A DNA stretch of 64,000 nucleotides from Octopus bimaculoides (GCF_001194135.2 NC_068985.1:113643302-113707301), one strand, 5' to 3'. Shown: positions 1 through 12,861, counted from the stretch's first letter. Notes: generated by a model not told the origin, from the letters alone. Translations and numbers: made by a program.

Positions 1-749
1 AAGGAGCAAGCTGTGTGTACATGAGAATATACTTCCAAGGTTGTATTTATGAGTGTGTGTGTATCTTACAGTAATTACTTGTATGTAATTCTCACCTCTA
101 ATTTAGTGTTAAACCTTGGTGCAAAATTATTTCCCTTCATAGTTTTAGTTTTGCCCTGTGTATAAGTCACACCTAAGTGAAATATGTGTGTGTGTGTATA
201 CACACACATACTGAGACATCTCGAAAGTAAATAGACACCATCGTTCATGAAAGATTTATTTCTAGAAACAAAATGCACTGTGCATAATATGTTTTAAGGT
301 TCAAAGTGTCTGCACAGGTAAAAGTGTATAATGAAAGGGGAGTGTCTATTTAATTTTAAGATGCTTGTGTGTGTGTGTGTGTGTGTGTGTGTGTCATATT
401 ATATGCAGTCATTTGTGTGTGTGTAAGATATTATATGCAGTCATGTGTGTGACATTATATGCAGTCATGAGAGTGTGTATGATGTTATATGCAGCCGTGA
501 GTGTGTGTGTGTATATGAGAGAGAAAAATATTAAGAGTGTATATCTTTGTCTCTGTATCACTATGAATAAAATACTATGCATCAATATATTGTTTTACAG
601 TTTATGTAATAATAGCCAAAATAATAATCACTATAATAATGATAATGATGATGAGGAGAAAGAAATAAATGAAGGCAAAAACTTATTTTGCTTAAGCACA
701 AGGGTTTCTTGTCTTTCTGTAAATCTGCATTACTAGTGTCTATCTATAG

Positions 750-916
750 CAGTGCTCTGCAGCCGGTATGCCGCGGCACACTGGTGTGCCACAAATCAAT
801 GATAGGGGTGCCACAGTGTAACCTGATGATAAATTTTTTTGCTATACTTGTAGTTATATTTCTAGTTTGAAAAGGATATAAGTGTACCACAAGTGAAAAA
901 GATTGCGGGGGCAATG
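750..916. mobile_element. hAT (Charlie-type) MITE
   Basis: Starts CAGTG, ends CAATG; perfect 8-bp flanking duplication ATCTATAG (742-749 and 917-924). Confidence 0.75.
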
Positions 917-1072
917 ATCTATAGTAATGACTTTATTGATCTTACAGCAGTGTAAGACCGAGTCTATCCAGTAAGACTGAGTCTGAAGCTATAAAACTGA
1001 AAAATTTAACTTCATACCATAATGAATCTAATCTTGTGCTCTACTGTTTCATTAACAACAACAACCAGGGTA

Positions 1073-1502
1073 ACTCCTTCTACTATGGGCAAAGAGCTGA
1101 AATTTTTGGGGAAGAGGGCTAGTCAATTATATTAACCCCCAGTACTCAACTGGTACTTATTTCATCCACTCTGAAAGGATGAAAGGCATAGTTCCTTGTT
1201 GGAATTTGAACTCAGAATGCAAAGATGGACGATATGCTAAGTGGGTAATGATTCTACCAGCTTACCACGTCAGTAATAAAAAAAAATCATTTCTATTATA
1301 GGCACAAGGCCTGAAAGTTGTGGAGAGAGAGTTAGTCGATAATGTAGGCCCCAGTGTTTCACTGGTACTCAATTTATTGACCTTGAAAGGATGAAAGGAA
1401 AAGTTGACCTCAGTGGAATTTGAACTCAGAACATAGAGATGGACAAAATGCTGCCAAGCATTTTGCCTGGTGTGTTAACGACACTGCCAATAGGCTGCCT
1501 TG
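1073..1502 (-). mobile_element. Two head-to-tail copies of SINE family M (core GCCTTTCATCCTTTCGGGGTCGATAAAATAAGTACCAGT)
   Basis: Reverse complement of the family seen at 4325-4500 and 25365-25597. Confidence 0.8.
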
Positions 1503-1709
1503 CTAATAATTTATATATATATATATATNNNNNNNNNNNNNNNNNNNNNNNNNNNNNNNNNNNNNNNNNNNNNNNNNNNNNNNNNNNNNNNNNNNNNNNN
1601 NNNNNNNNNNNNNNNNNNNNNNNNNNNNNNNNNNNNNNNNNNNNNNNNNNNNNNNNNNNNNNNNNNNNNNNNNNNNNNNNNNNNNNNNNNNNNNNNNNNN
1701 NNNNNNNNN

Positions 1710-1743
<34 letters not shown>

Positions 1744-2330
1744 AATGGCTGGTTTCTTTCAGTTTCTGTTTACTACTTAGTAGACAAGGCTATAGTAAAA
1801 GACACTTGCTCAAAATGCTGAGCAGTGGGACTGAACTCAAAACCAGATGGTTGTAAGGTGAGTTTCTTAACCACTTGGCCATGCCTGTTTGTATATTATT
1901 AATAATAATAAGAAAAAAGTAATAAAATTTGCAACAACATCAACCCTAGAAATACTACTACGACTACTACTACTGCTGCTGCTGCTGCTGTTGTTACAAA
2001 TTAATTTTTTCTTTTGACAAAATGCTATAAAATCAAACACAAGGCTCTGAGAGGATTTAGCATTTTGGAATTTATAGGTTTACCAATATTTTGGAATAAA
2101 GGATTTTGTAATATTTTTAGAATTCTCTTTTTCAAAGACTTTTAGAATAAAAGTGAAGCTGAAGCACACACACACACACACGCACAATCCTTAAAAGCTA
2201 TACTAAGAAGACTATATATCCACTGCTTTCCGCACAAAGTAAAAAAAAACAATAGAAAAAATATAAACTCATAAATTATATTTGTACGTATGTGTATGTA
2301 TGCATGTTTTTGAGTGTGTGTATACATATA

Positions 2331-2367
<37 letters not shown>

Positions 2368-4324
2368 ACACACACATAAGTGACTAACTGGAAAAAATGA
2401 CTCCTTAATACCACATGGGTGGAGGAACAATTTCTTTTAACAGAATTGAATTCAATAGTCCAATACCACAAGTTTCATGTGGATATGTTCAAGGTTATTC
2501 AATTGGAGTTTGAATTATGGTTGATGGTAGACACATTTATGTGTATTCTTACATATATATAGCATACACACACACACATATATCTATAAACACACAATCT
2601 ATACATACATATATATATAGTACATATATGCATGTGCATACACACATACACACATATATATATATATACAATATATACACACATACATACATACACACAC
2701 ATCGGTGACTAACAGGAAAAATGAGTTCTTAACTTGCATGAGTGGATTATTAGAATTCAATAGTCCAATACCAGAGGTTTCATGTAAATATATTCATAGT
2801 TATTCAGTTATAGTTTGAATAATTGGTGATCACACACACATACAAACTATTTAAATGGGAATGGAATTAAAAATAAAGCAGAGACAGTAAGTGGGTGAAT
2901 AGATGATCTTTGTATGGGTGAATGTAGGCAGTTAAGTAGATAGATGGATGAATAAAGAATGCATGATTGTGTATTGAAGATGATAGGGAGGTGGATATCT
3001 CAGATTTGGTTGTTTTGAGAACAAAAAAAAAAAAAATGATTAGGACACACCCACAAGTCTCTGCAAGTCTATTTCATTTCTTACCATGACTCTCTTCCTA
3101 AAGACATTTTTATCTGTAGAATATATAATTCAGTCAGCCATAAGTACGCTGAAATTTGCTGTGACATTAGATTTATGATTACTGAAAGGTTTTAGTCAAA
3201 AGCTACAACAAACCAAGCTCAAAAAACAAGCTTGCTGTGACTGTACTTGTAGCATCTCTATCACGCACAAAACTTCTTCATATAGCAATGACCAAAACCT
3301 CTTCATACAGCAATGAAGAAAGGATTAGTTAGATGCAAAGGAGTTTATTGAGCTGGTCAACCTTCTAGCCTTATCCAGCCGATAATAACACACAATTATT
3401 TATAGCCTTAACTGCTTCAAGATCCAATTTCTAAAAAGTATATGAAGGTGTTATTTGGGCAAGTTAGTGGGACAACTTTGGGTCTCAGCATGAAACCTGT
3501 TTTCCCCATGTGTTCTATTATTCATTTAACATGGTGTTTTCTGGGAAGCAAAACACCTGTGAGGAATAAGGACAGATGTACAAGGAAGTAGAGAAAATGG
3601 ATAGAAGTATGAGAAAGCACACAAAGTGATGTGAGTGAATGCGCTTTGTGTTGGTAAATGTGTATGTGCTTGTAGCTGTATATGTATATATGCACATTTA
3701 TACACACACACACGCGCATGAATGATGGAAGCACTTGCGTGTCTCAGATTGAACATTCTTAAGGAATGGAAGTAATCCTTCCACTGATAAAGATTAACAA
3801 TAATCTATTTAAATCCCAGTTCATAGCTACCCTTTAACCAAGCTACATCGTTCAGTAGTATCACTCTCTCTCTCACACACACTGTCTACTCTCTCTTATA
3901 TCAAGCTGCAACATATGTTAGATCATAGTGGTGGTGATGGTAGAAGAGATGACTGTAATAGGCATGATGACAGGTAGTCCTTGGGACAACAGAGGTATCG
4001 CTAGTGGAAACACACAAGTGTGTGCAAGCATACACACACACACACACAGAGCTTAACTAGAAAATTAAGCTTTCTTGTGAAAGAAATAGTGAAAAGATTT
4101 AATTATCAACGAATAAATAAATAAACTCTCTGATCTGTATTCACTTCCTCTTGCTATAAAGTACTCTCACATTCTCTGTGTGTGTGTGTATGTTTATGCA
4201 TGAGTGCGTATGCTTGTGCAGGCACACAAATGTGTTCATTTAAAAATACAAGGTTTTCAAAGCAAAGGGACTAAAAATTTGTTAAATTTATATTATTATT
4301 AATATTATTGTCAGCAGATTTGTC

Positions 4325-4500
4325 AATGTGGCATTTTTCTGGTTCAGATTCTACTAAGGTCAACTCTGCCTTTCATACTTTCGGGGTCATTAAGATAGGT
4401 ATCACTTGAGCACTGGAGTTGATGTAATCGACTTAACCCCTTCCCCAAAATTTCAGGCCTTGTGCCTATAGTAGAAAGGATTATTATTATCACTATTATA
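4325..4500 (+). mobile_element. SINE family M, 5'-truncated, tail ...GGCCTTGTGCCTATAGTAGAAAGGATTATTATT
   Basis: Same core as the other M copies; (ATT)n tail. Confidence 0.75.
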
Positions 4501-6662
4501 ATTATGATCATAATTGGTGGTGGTGGTGGAGTTGGCTGTAGTGGTGGTGTTCCTCTAATGAAATTTGAAGCAACATTGTAGGGTGGATAAGCTTTGAAAC
4601 CCTTATTTCATATCTTATAATGACCTTCTATCTAAATCATTGTGTTAATACACTATTGCAAAACAAAAAAAATTCTTCCTTTTCTTGTGCTCTCTCTTCT
4701 GCTGCTCATCATCATCATCATCATCATCATAATCAATTGTTATTTTGTTTGTGGAAGATTTATAATTAAGAATCGAATGAGTTTCTAAGGTTACATGTTA
4801 AGAAACATGACAAATAGAATTCAAATTCTGAAGACGTAGTAAGCTTACGCAATTACAGAAAAAAATTTTAAAAAGCTGTCTTGTTCTTAAATAATATTGA
4901 TTTTTCTAACATTTGGTATGATAATACTGACCCCTTATTTAGGGTCTAATTATACACAGTAAGGTAAAACAAACAACAATAAAAAATTCATCCTGAAAAG
5001 AAAAAAAAAAAACAAGAACAAAAACAAAAAAATGAAATTTTGACATATATGGATATCTTTCAATCAGGTACAGAGACCCAGAGTAATACCAGACAACTAG
5101 AACTGAACCTGCAACATTACTGTTGTTTATGTTTATAACCCTGTAGGGATAAACAAAAAAAAAACAGAACCTTGCTCTGGTTTGAACTTGTAACCTTAAG
5201 CTACTTTAACTATTAATATCATTATTAAACCATTGTGTCTGGCTATTCTCTCCTTCAGTTCTGTCACCTTTGTTTGAAAGATATTTCTTGTTCCAATATT
5301 TTCAAAACCAGAGAGACAACAACACTCAAAATTCTATCATTTGGAGCAAAATGTCTTGATAAAATAGATACGTCAAATTTTGTTTTCTTTTACAAGACCA
5401 AATTTTCAAATTGAAGATTTTTTTCCCCTTTCTTTAAGATTGCAAGCTTGAAAAGTTAAATATAAATAGTTTATTTGATGGCATAAAAATGCTAGAATAT
5501 ATTAAACATACTCCAATTTCAGAAGAGCATGTTCAGGATAAAAAGTTTTTAGTCCATTGACCTTTCAGCTGTCAAATTATAAATGCTTATTTATCTACAT
5601 TGTTTTGAATTAACCATACATTATCTTGTAGCTTTGAGATTTCAATGATACAGTTGCTTTCTTTCAAGAATTATATTGTTAGTGTAAGTGTGAGGGGCTG
5701 GATTTGGCTAGTTTGAATGTAAAACTGGTAGCATGTTTGAGCTAGGCATAGCTGGTTTAAATCGTGTATTATTTACAGCAATCTAAGATAGTGAGCTGGC
5801 AGAATCATTAGCATGCTGGGAAAAATGTTTAGTGATATTTCTTTCTTCTTCGTGTTCTGAGTTCTAATTCTGCCTAAGCCAACTTAATTGATTTACTCCA
5901 CCCCGCCAAACTTGATAGCTTTGTGTCAAAATTTGAAACTAATATTTAAAACAATCAGGTCCAACTTTGATATGGGATCCAGATGTATATGTCGAGACAT
6001 TTTTTTGTTATTAAAATCAATGAGCAAGAAATTGGTTATATATTTCTACAATACACAAAATATCTTAAAAGTTTGTTTTTTTTAATACACTTCCTAATGA
6101 TATTTAATTACAAAAATAGGACTATTTAAACATTGAATGGCTTAGAGGGACCACCTGAGTAACATAGGAATCAAAGGGGTCTATCAGTAACAAAAACAAA
6201 AAAAACAAAGGTTTAAGAATCACTGATTTAAACTGACCATGTCCAGCCAAAATATTCTACATGTCTTATGTATAAGCTGGCCAGACGCAGCTTCTTATGC
6301 TCAACTTATAATGTCACTCTAAAAATAAACAAATTACATCACTGAAATCTTGAAGATATGAAATAAATAATGTATTATTAATTCAAAACAATGTGAATAC
6401 CAAAGGGGTTAAAGTAATTCTATGGAGCAGAAACTATGAGTGTTGGATTCAGCTGTGGAATTGAAAGAATTGAAGTTTTGCTGGATTATTTTTGCAAAAT
6501 CTCTTGGTAATCACTTAAAAAACAAAATACTTCAGAAAGGAAGTTGGACAAGATAAATAGGGAACAGACAAGAATTCTCTTAAAACTTCTAAATGAACAA
6601 ACTTGGTTATACATAGTTATGCTGATGGAATTGTTTCATCCATCGCTAAGAATGTCACTTAC

Positions 6663-6822
6663 CAAGGTCTAAGCTCTCTATAGGCGGCCGTCTACTAAAT
6701 GGAGCATTCTTGTAGATGGCATCCATGATTTTCTCCTTGACATGTGTGATGGTGTCACAGTCGAGGACTTTGACTGGAACATATGGTTGGCTAAACTGCT
6801 CTGTGTCACACACATTTATTGT
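6663..6822 (-). CDS. PlexA: Plexin-A-like exon (last in window), Rho-binding domain: TINVCDTEQFSQPYVPVKVLDCDTITHVKEKIMDAIYKNAPFSRRPPIESLDL
   Basis: attcatag acceptor, GTAAGT donor; 160 nt; PVKVLDCDTITxVKEKIxDAxYK motif. The next expected exon (EWR..G...NTLxHY) was not found in 1..6662. Confidence 0.96.
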
Positions 6823-6948
6823 CTATGAATATATTAAGAGAGAGAAAGACATGAATAAATATATGCAAACACATTTAGACACTGGCATTTGAAGATAAAT
6901 TTATAAGGAGTACAGTATATAGCAATGATACTAAAACATTAATTTTAA

Positions 6949-7131
6949 CTCTCTAGCATTTCCACTGGTCATATCCAACCCAAATATCTTACCTGTTTTA
7001 CGTTCAAACCAGCTTAAATACTGTCTGTCACACCTATCCTACATCATTGAAATTTTGAAGCTTTGAGGTTATGCATGGTTAATTCAAAACAATGTAAATG
7101 AATTCGACAGGGTATTCTGAATGCTAAAGGG
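6949..7131. mobile_element. piggyBac-type MITE family 1 (other copies about 5560-5760, 6225-6415, 16055-16936, 63625-63770)
   Basis: TTAA on both sides; ends CTCTCTAGCATT ... AATGCTAAAGGG; recurrent internal sequence. Confidence 0.65.
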
Positions 7132-7663
7132 TTAATGATACCTATCTTAATTAACCCTGTGAATTGATTAAAATGAAATTCAGGGGAAAAAAAAAAAAAA
7201 ATCGAACCTAGTGGAATTTGAACTTGGGACATAAAAAAATATAGCTAAATGCCTTCAGCAAACATTACAGAAACTGAAGTTAATAAATTCTGCATGGAAC
7301 TTTAAAGTTTTGAAATTACAATGTTAAGAGAATCACTTTATTGTTGGCAATGCTAATAGTTCCCTTCCAAAATTATCACCTTACTCTAATTCTGGCTACA
7401 GTGCTTTCAGGCCACACATTTCCAAGACGGTACAGTTCTGGAAAGGAAGTTTTGGCCAAAGTTTTTACTACACTAGCAGGATGGTGACACAGCACAAATA
7501 ACTTTAAAAGATGTGGCAGCATTGAATGGTTTTGAGTAGAGGTTGGCACACAGCTTATCTCTTATATAAAAGACAAACAGATCTTTCACTAAGTTGTACA
7601 AACACTAGCGTGCAAGAGTGACTATTCTGCTGAAAACTTAGAAAGATTAGAATTCATGTTTAA

Positions 7664-7875
7664 CCCATTTGCTACCATATTTCTGTTTAAATACACTGCT
7701 ATTATTTCAATTAATTTTGAAAATAACAAAAAAATCTAATAAAACAACTCTGTCATTAGCTGGTGTTTGGAACATGACAAAATTTTTATGAAAGGTTTTA
7801 ATTTAGATCCCTTTAAATCAGAAAGTTTGTATCATAGAACCTGGACTGGTTTCAGGAATGTTAGTATCACAAGGG
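7664..7875. mobile_element. piggyBac-type MITE family 2 (other copies 47647-47858, 59461-59673 inverted)
   Basis: TTAA-CCC ... GGG-TTAA ends; shared TACCATATTTCTGTT.AAATAC and TATCATAGAACC internal blocks. Confidence 0.65.
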
Positions 7876-7951
7876 TTAAACAAGCACCACCATTTCTACC
7901 CTTACAGATTCTTACACTCGTCACAAGATGTAAGAAAACCATTATCTAGAA

Positions 7952-8261
7952 CAGTGGTCCTCAACTGGGGTCCATATGGCTCTTTGGGGTCAATGTGGCC
8001 CTTTGGGGTCCATATGGCCCTTTGGGGATTCATATGACCATTCGGAGTCCATATAAGATTTTGTTTCGTAAAATTTATCTGCAATAAATTTGTTATACAT
8101 GTCCAATTCACAAAATATTTTAGCAATTTTTTTAATGCAATTTCTGATTATATTTCATTATATATACTGATTTTAAAAAAATCGAATGACTAGGTGGGTC
8201 CATCCAAGTAAAATAAGAATGAAAGGGGTCTAGAGTTAAAAAAAGTGGTTGAGAAACACTG
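7952..8261. mobile_element. hAT (Charlie-type) MITE with internal 19-bp tandem repeat
   Basis: TIRs CAGTGGTCCTCAAC / GTTGAGAAACACTG; flanks ATCTAGAA and CTGTAGAA (6/8 match). Confidence 0.8.
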
Positions 8262-8416
8262 CTGTAGAAGTTTAAAAAGAAAAAGCACTTGTTATCTTAC
8301 AAGCTGATAAGTTCAGTCAGCCACTAATTGTGAATCAAATATCACCTGGTAACAACACACGCTACTTACACAATGTTATTTCTCTTAGGTAAGTTAAGGT
8401 ACTTCTAATGAGACAG

Positions 8417-8798
8417 TTGTTGTTGGCACTCCGTCGCTTACGACGTCGAGGGTTCCAGTTGATCCGATCAACGGAACAGCCTGCTCTTGAAATTAACGTG
8501 CAAGTGGCTGAGCACTCCACAGACACGTGTGCCCATAACGTAGTTCTCGGGGATATTCAGCGTGACGCAGTGTGACAAGGCTGACCCTTTGAATTACAGG
8601 CACAACAGAAACAGGAAGTAAGAGTGAGAGAAAGTTGTGGTGGAAGAGTACAGCAGGGTTCGCCACCATCCCCTGCCAGAGCCTCGTGGAGCTTTAGGTG
8701 TTTTCGCTCAATAAACACAACGCCTGGTCTGGGAATCGAAACCATGATCCTATGACCGCAAGTCTGCTGCCCTAACCACTGGGCCATTGCGCCTCCAC
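8417..8798 (-). mobile_element. Full-length tRNA-derived SINE (family R), (CAA)n tail
   Basis: Box A-like TGGCCCAGTGGT and box B-like GGTTTCGATTCCC; 11-bp TSD TAATGAGACAG (8406-8416) / TAATGAGAAAG (8799-8809). Confidence 0.85.
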
Positions 8799-8840
8799 TA
8801 ATGAGAAAGTAAAAAGGAAAGGTAGTTTGGGTGTACTCAC

Positions 8841-8987
8841 CAGCGTGCGGAAATCTATCTGCTGACGAATCAGTTTGTCTTCACTCAGGGAGTACTTAGC
8901 TTCACTGGAGATAGCATCAACGGGGCCTTTTGATACCTGATGCTTGATTGCTTGGAACAGCAAAAATAAAGGTTTTCCGGCACAGTC
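8841..8987 (-). CDS. PlexA: Plexin-A-like exon, GAP/RBD junction: [49 protein letters not shown]
   Basis: ctttgtag acceptor, GTGAGT donor; 147 nt = 49 codons; [22 protein letters not shown] motif. Confidence 0.97.
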
Positions 8988-9412
8988 CTACAAAGAAAGA
9001 GAGAAAGAGGTAAAATGTGAAACACAGAAATTCACGGAATATTTGTCAACTTATTTTATGTTTGTGGTTGGCCCAGAATTATAATTAGAAGATACTTGCT
9101 GAAAGTGTTGTGCACTGTGATTGAACTTGAAACCATATGGTTGGGAAATAAACTCCTTAGTCATACAGCCATGCCTGCATCCACCATCACCATTACCATC
9201 ATCATCGTAATGTCTGTTCTCCATACTGGAATGGGTCAGGCAGTTTGAATGGAACAGGGAAGCCAGAGAGCTGCATCAAATTCCAGTCTGTTTTGGCTTG
9301 GTTTCTACAGCTGGATGCCCTTCCTAATGCCAACCAATCCACAGAGTGTACCAAATGCCAGTTATGCCTCACTGGCATGGGTTCCTTTCATGTGTCACCA
9401 GCACATGAAATA

Positions 9413-9462
<50 letters not shown>

Positions 9463-10120
9463 NNNNNNNNNNNNNNNNNNNNNNNNNNNNNNNNNNNNNN
9501 NNNNNNNNNNNNNNNNNNNNNNNNNNNNNNNNNNNNNNNNNNNNNNNNNNNNNNNNNNNNNNNNNNNNNNNNNNNNNNNNNNNNNNNNNNNNNNNNNNNN
9601 NNNNNNNNNNNNNNNNNNNNNNNNNNNNNNNNNNNNNNNNNNNNNNNNNNNNNNNNNNNNNNNNNNNNNNNNNNNNNNNNNNNNNNNNNNNNNNNNNNNN
9701 NNNNNNNNNNNNNNNNNNNNNNNNNNNNNNNNNNNNNNNNNNNNNNNNNNNNNNNNNNNNNNNNNNNNNNNNNNNNNNNNNNNNNNNNNNNNNNNNNNNN
9801 NNNNNNNNNNNNNNNNNNNNNNNNNNNNNNNNNNNNNNNNNNNNNNNNNNNNNNNNNNNNNNNNNNNNNNNNNNNNNNNNNNNNNNNNNNNNNNNNNNNN
9901 NNNNNNNNNNNNNNNNNNNNNNNNNNNNNNNNNNNNNNNNNNNNNNNNNNNNNNNNNNNNNNNNNNNNNNNNNNNNNNNNNNNNNNNNNNNNNNNNNNNN
10001 NNNNNNNNNNNNNNNNNNNNNNNNNNNNNNNNNNNNNNNNNNNNNNNNNNNNNNNNNNNNNNNNNNNNNNNNNNNNNNNNNNNNNNNNNNNNNNNNNNNN
10101 NNNNNNNNNNNNNNNNNNNN
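9463..10120. other. Assembly gap (largest; others at 1529, 19813, 22558, 29198, 33441, 36798, 40098, 45539, 50920, 51670, 52372, 54315, 55428, 56827)
   Basis: N runs, most flanked by (TA)n/(TG)n. Confidence 0.99.
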
Positions 10121-10319
10121 TATATATATACATACATACACACACACTCATATTAATGTTTGTTTTCATGTTCAGTTATAATAAAAACAATTTTACATTA
10201 ATCTGATGAGATGCTCTATACTTTTGTAGAGTACATATTTATTATTCTTAAATAACAATGTTGTTGGCAGTGACTTCAAAGTTTCGACCAGCTAGGCCAT
10301 ACATCATGTGTATGTTTAT

Positions 10320-10360
<41 letters not shown>

Positions 10361-10495
10361 GATAGGTATACTTTATGAGCTGTTCCCCTACTTCAGTACC
10401 TCTCAATATGGCTGGCTGACTCTTTCAATATATCTCAATCTATTTATCTAAATATCAACTGCCTGACTATTCCTTTATCTTTCTGCCCTGGCATC

Positions 10496-10536
<41 letters not shown>

Positions 10537-11676
10537 GTGTGTCCCCTCTATGAAGCTGTTCCTCAGCTTTTCTTCCTTCGCAGCCTCTTCCTATCCCAAA
10601 CCCCTGTCTGAAAGACATCATAAAATACAAAGAAAATATAACAAGCCTGTCCCTTAAAGATTTAGATGTATAGAAGAGGATGGGGGAGGATGGGGATGAG
10701 GTGGAGATTGCAATTCTGCTTTATTATTCTTGTCTCTAGTTGTAGCCTTTCTCCCCCTTTCTTTGAAAAGAAAGGAATGCTAATAGTATTCTTCCTGTGC
10801 ATACCCTCACTCCTTCAGGTACCTCCTCCCCTATTAAGGAGGAGGTGTTCAATCCCTTATGCATCTGCCTAGACTACTTCTTATTCTCCCTAAAAAAAGT
10901 GGGGACAGACTGCTCCTTTTTCTCATAAAATATAGAAATATCTGCCATATTGTATCTGTCATTGTTTTATATATATATATTTTTTTATTCTTAGCTTGCT
11001 GATGTGTATGTACATCAATCCTTGTGTGTGTGTGTGTGTGTGTGTAAGCTGACATACACATGTACTTTTACTCATTTATCCAGATGCACACGTACATACA
11101 TTGTTTCATTTCTTCATGTGGATATGCAGTCACACACAGACTTGCTTTTACCACCTCTTCCTCCACCAACTCCTACTCCTTAATGGTGGTAGCAGTAAAA
11201 GTAGTAACAGCAACTAGATGTACCCCATACTACCAAAAATAAATCCTCATGGTGCTGTCTTCACCCTTCATCCCTTTATGCTTTTACAAAGATCAACCCA
11301 GACGGTAATATCTTCCTTTTATAAGTTTGTGACAGTTCAATGTCAATTTGAGGGTGATTTGGCAACTAATTCTAGCAAGTCAAGCAACCACAGAAAGGCT
11401 TCCTTGACTTATACCAGTTATGTACTAACATGGATTAAATCAGTTAACACTAACCCTTTGCACTAGTGGTACCAGTGCAGTCGACAACCAAGCCTGCAGT
11501 CATTTCATGACGTGGCTGTGTGGTAAGCATTTTGCTTCCCTCCCACATGGTTCCAGGTTCAGTCTCACTGGGTGGTACTTTGAGCAAGTGTCTTCTGCTA
11601 TAATCCTGAGCTAACTAATGCCTTGTGAGTGGATTTGGTAGACAGAAACTGAAAGGGGCCTGTCATGTGTATACAA

Positions 11677-11710
<34 letters not shown>

Positions 11711-11887
11711 CCTGGGTATGATATTAAAATGCACCCAGTGGTGAGGCTTCAATCCAGGAGTTCTGGAATTGTGGAGAGCGTGGTGTCACCCCTTAGTTAC
11801 CATTACTCCTTGGTCTGTTTTGACCATGAACAGTAGTACCAGGGTCCCACCTATGGGTTAAATAAATTTCTCAGGAGTAGAAAAGTC

Positions 11888-12303
11888 CAGCACTGGATTA
11901 GCCATTAAGTAAAATAAGCACATGCTTAGGGCATCAAGGGAAGGAGAGGGTACCACAGAAATGGTAAATGGTTTACAGCACAAAAGAAATCACTTTGAAG
12001 TTGCTAAAATAATATTCGGGATGCTTTTATCTGTAAGTATAGAGGCAGATGTGTTACCTAAGATTAATTTTGAGGATTTGATCAAAGACTTTGCAATTCA
12101 AAAAAGTAGGAGGAAACTTTTCAAATATAAATAAAGTGGAAGTATACACAAATAAACATTATTTTCCCTCTTACTGTTTTGTTTCGTTTTGAAAAATAAA
12201 ATTTTATTTTATGGTTTGCTATTGTTTATATTTTGAATAACATAATCTTTTATGGGGCCACCAAAATCTTTTAAGTGCTTAGGGCCTCAATGAGTCTTAA
12301 TCC
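11888..12303 (+). mobile_element. Internally deleted hAT transposon with C-terminal transposase relic (LLSVSIEADVLPKINFEDLIKDFAIQKSRRK*)
   Basis: Resembles hAT C-terminal dimerisation region (LSIE.D.L..I.FEDII.DFA..K.R); left end CAGCACTGGATTA, right end CTTAATCC; GCTTAGGGC subterminal motif at both ends. Confidence 0.65.
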
Positions 12304-12861
12304 CAAAGGTGTAAAAAAGGCAGCTCTTCTAGGAGAAAGATACTCTGTTACAAAACTTGCAGTCAGAATAGTGCCAGCCATCTTGCAATACTTGTCACTG
12401 GAACCTACTATGCTTATAGAGCATGGTAGAAATGTTTTAAAGATTTTGTCACTTAGACCCAATGATATACAGATGTCTCTCTATCATTTCATTTCTTGAT
12501 CTGTTTTATCTTTCATAATGTTCTATTGCAATGGCTGTATAGCTGAAAAGTCATATCCATGCACATGCATAGATGAAAGCAAATCAGAACAATCAGGTTG
12601 AATGTGAGGTAGCTATCATCTGATGAGACGAGACAAACATCATGTGTATGTGTCTGGTTGTCTTGACTTCAGGTGATAGTTGTAAAGGAATGTCACCATC
12701 ATACAACTGATGTCCTTCATTTTCAATCTTCCATGAGAACATGTCTGGTCATGGGGAATATTACCTTACTTGGAAACAGGTGAAGGTTAGTGACAGGAGG
12801 AGCCCCTAGTTATAAGAAATGTGATCAAAAAATTCCACCTGACTTATGCAAGTATGGAAAA

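Noticed and set aside
5040-5125. Candidate next plexin exon after a GTTGCAG acceptor (GSVLVVWYYSG...)
   Set aside because: No similarity to the expected EWR.G...D.D...NTL.HY plexin segment and no good donor; the next exon probably lies beyond position 1.
8720-8798. tRNA-like sequences (also heads at 16147, 19622, 25367, 29660-29737)
   Set aside because: They continue into SINE bodies, lack a complete acceptor stem and have TSDs or many diverged copies; not tRNA genes.
9245-10206. Long ORFs of 250-340 aa (also 52158-53335, 54050-54570, 1439-1856, 33363-33758, 36743-37134, 45484-45871)
   Set aside because: They are open only because N gaps and (TA)/(TG)n contain no stop codons.
10821-10846. 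9-bp GC-rich hairpin resembling a rho-independent terminator
   Set aside because: Eukaryotic intron, no U-tract or gene context; expected by chance in a CCT/GGA-rich area.
12271-12499. Overlapping 63-74 aa ORFs on both strands beside the hAT element
   Set aside because: No recognisable motif or splice signals; start codons fall in the transposon end.
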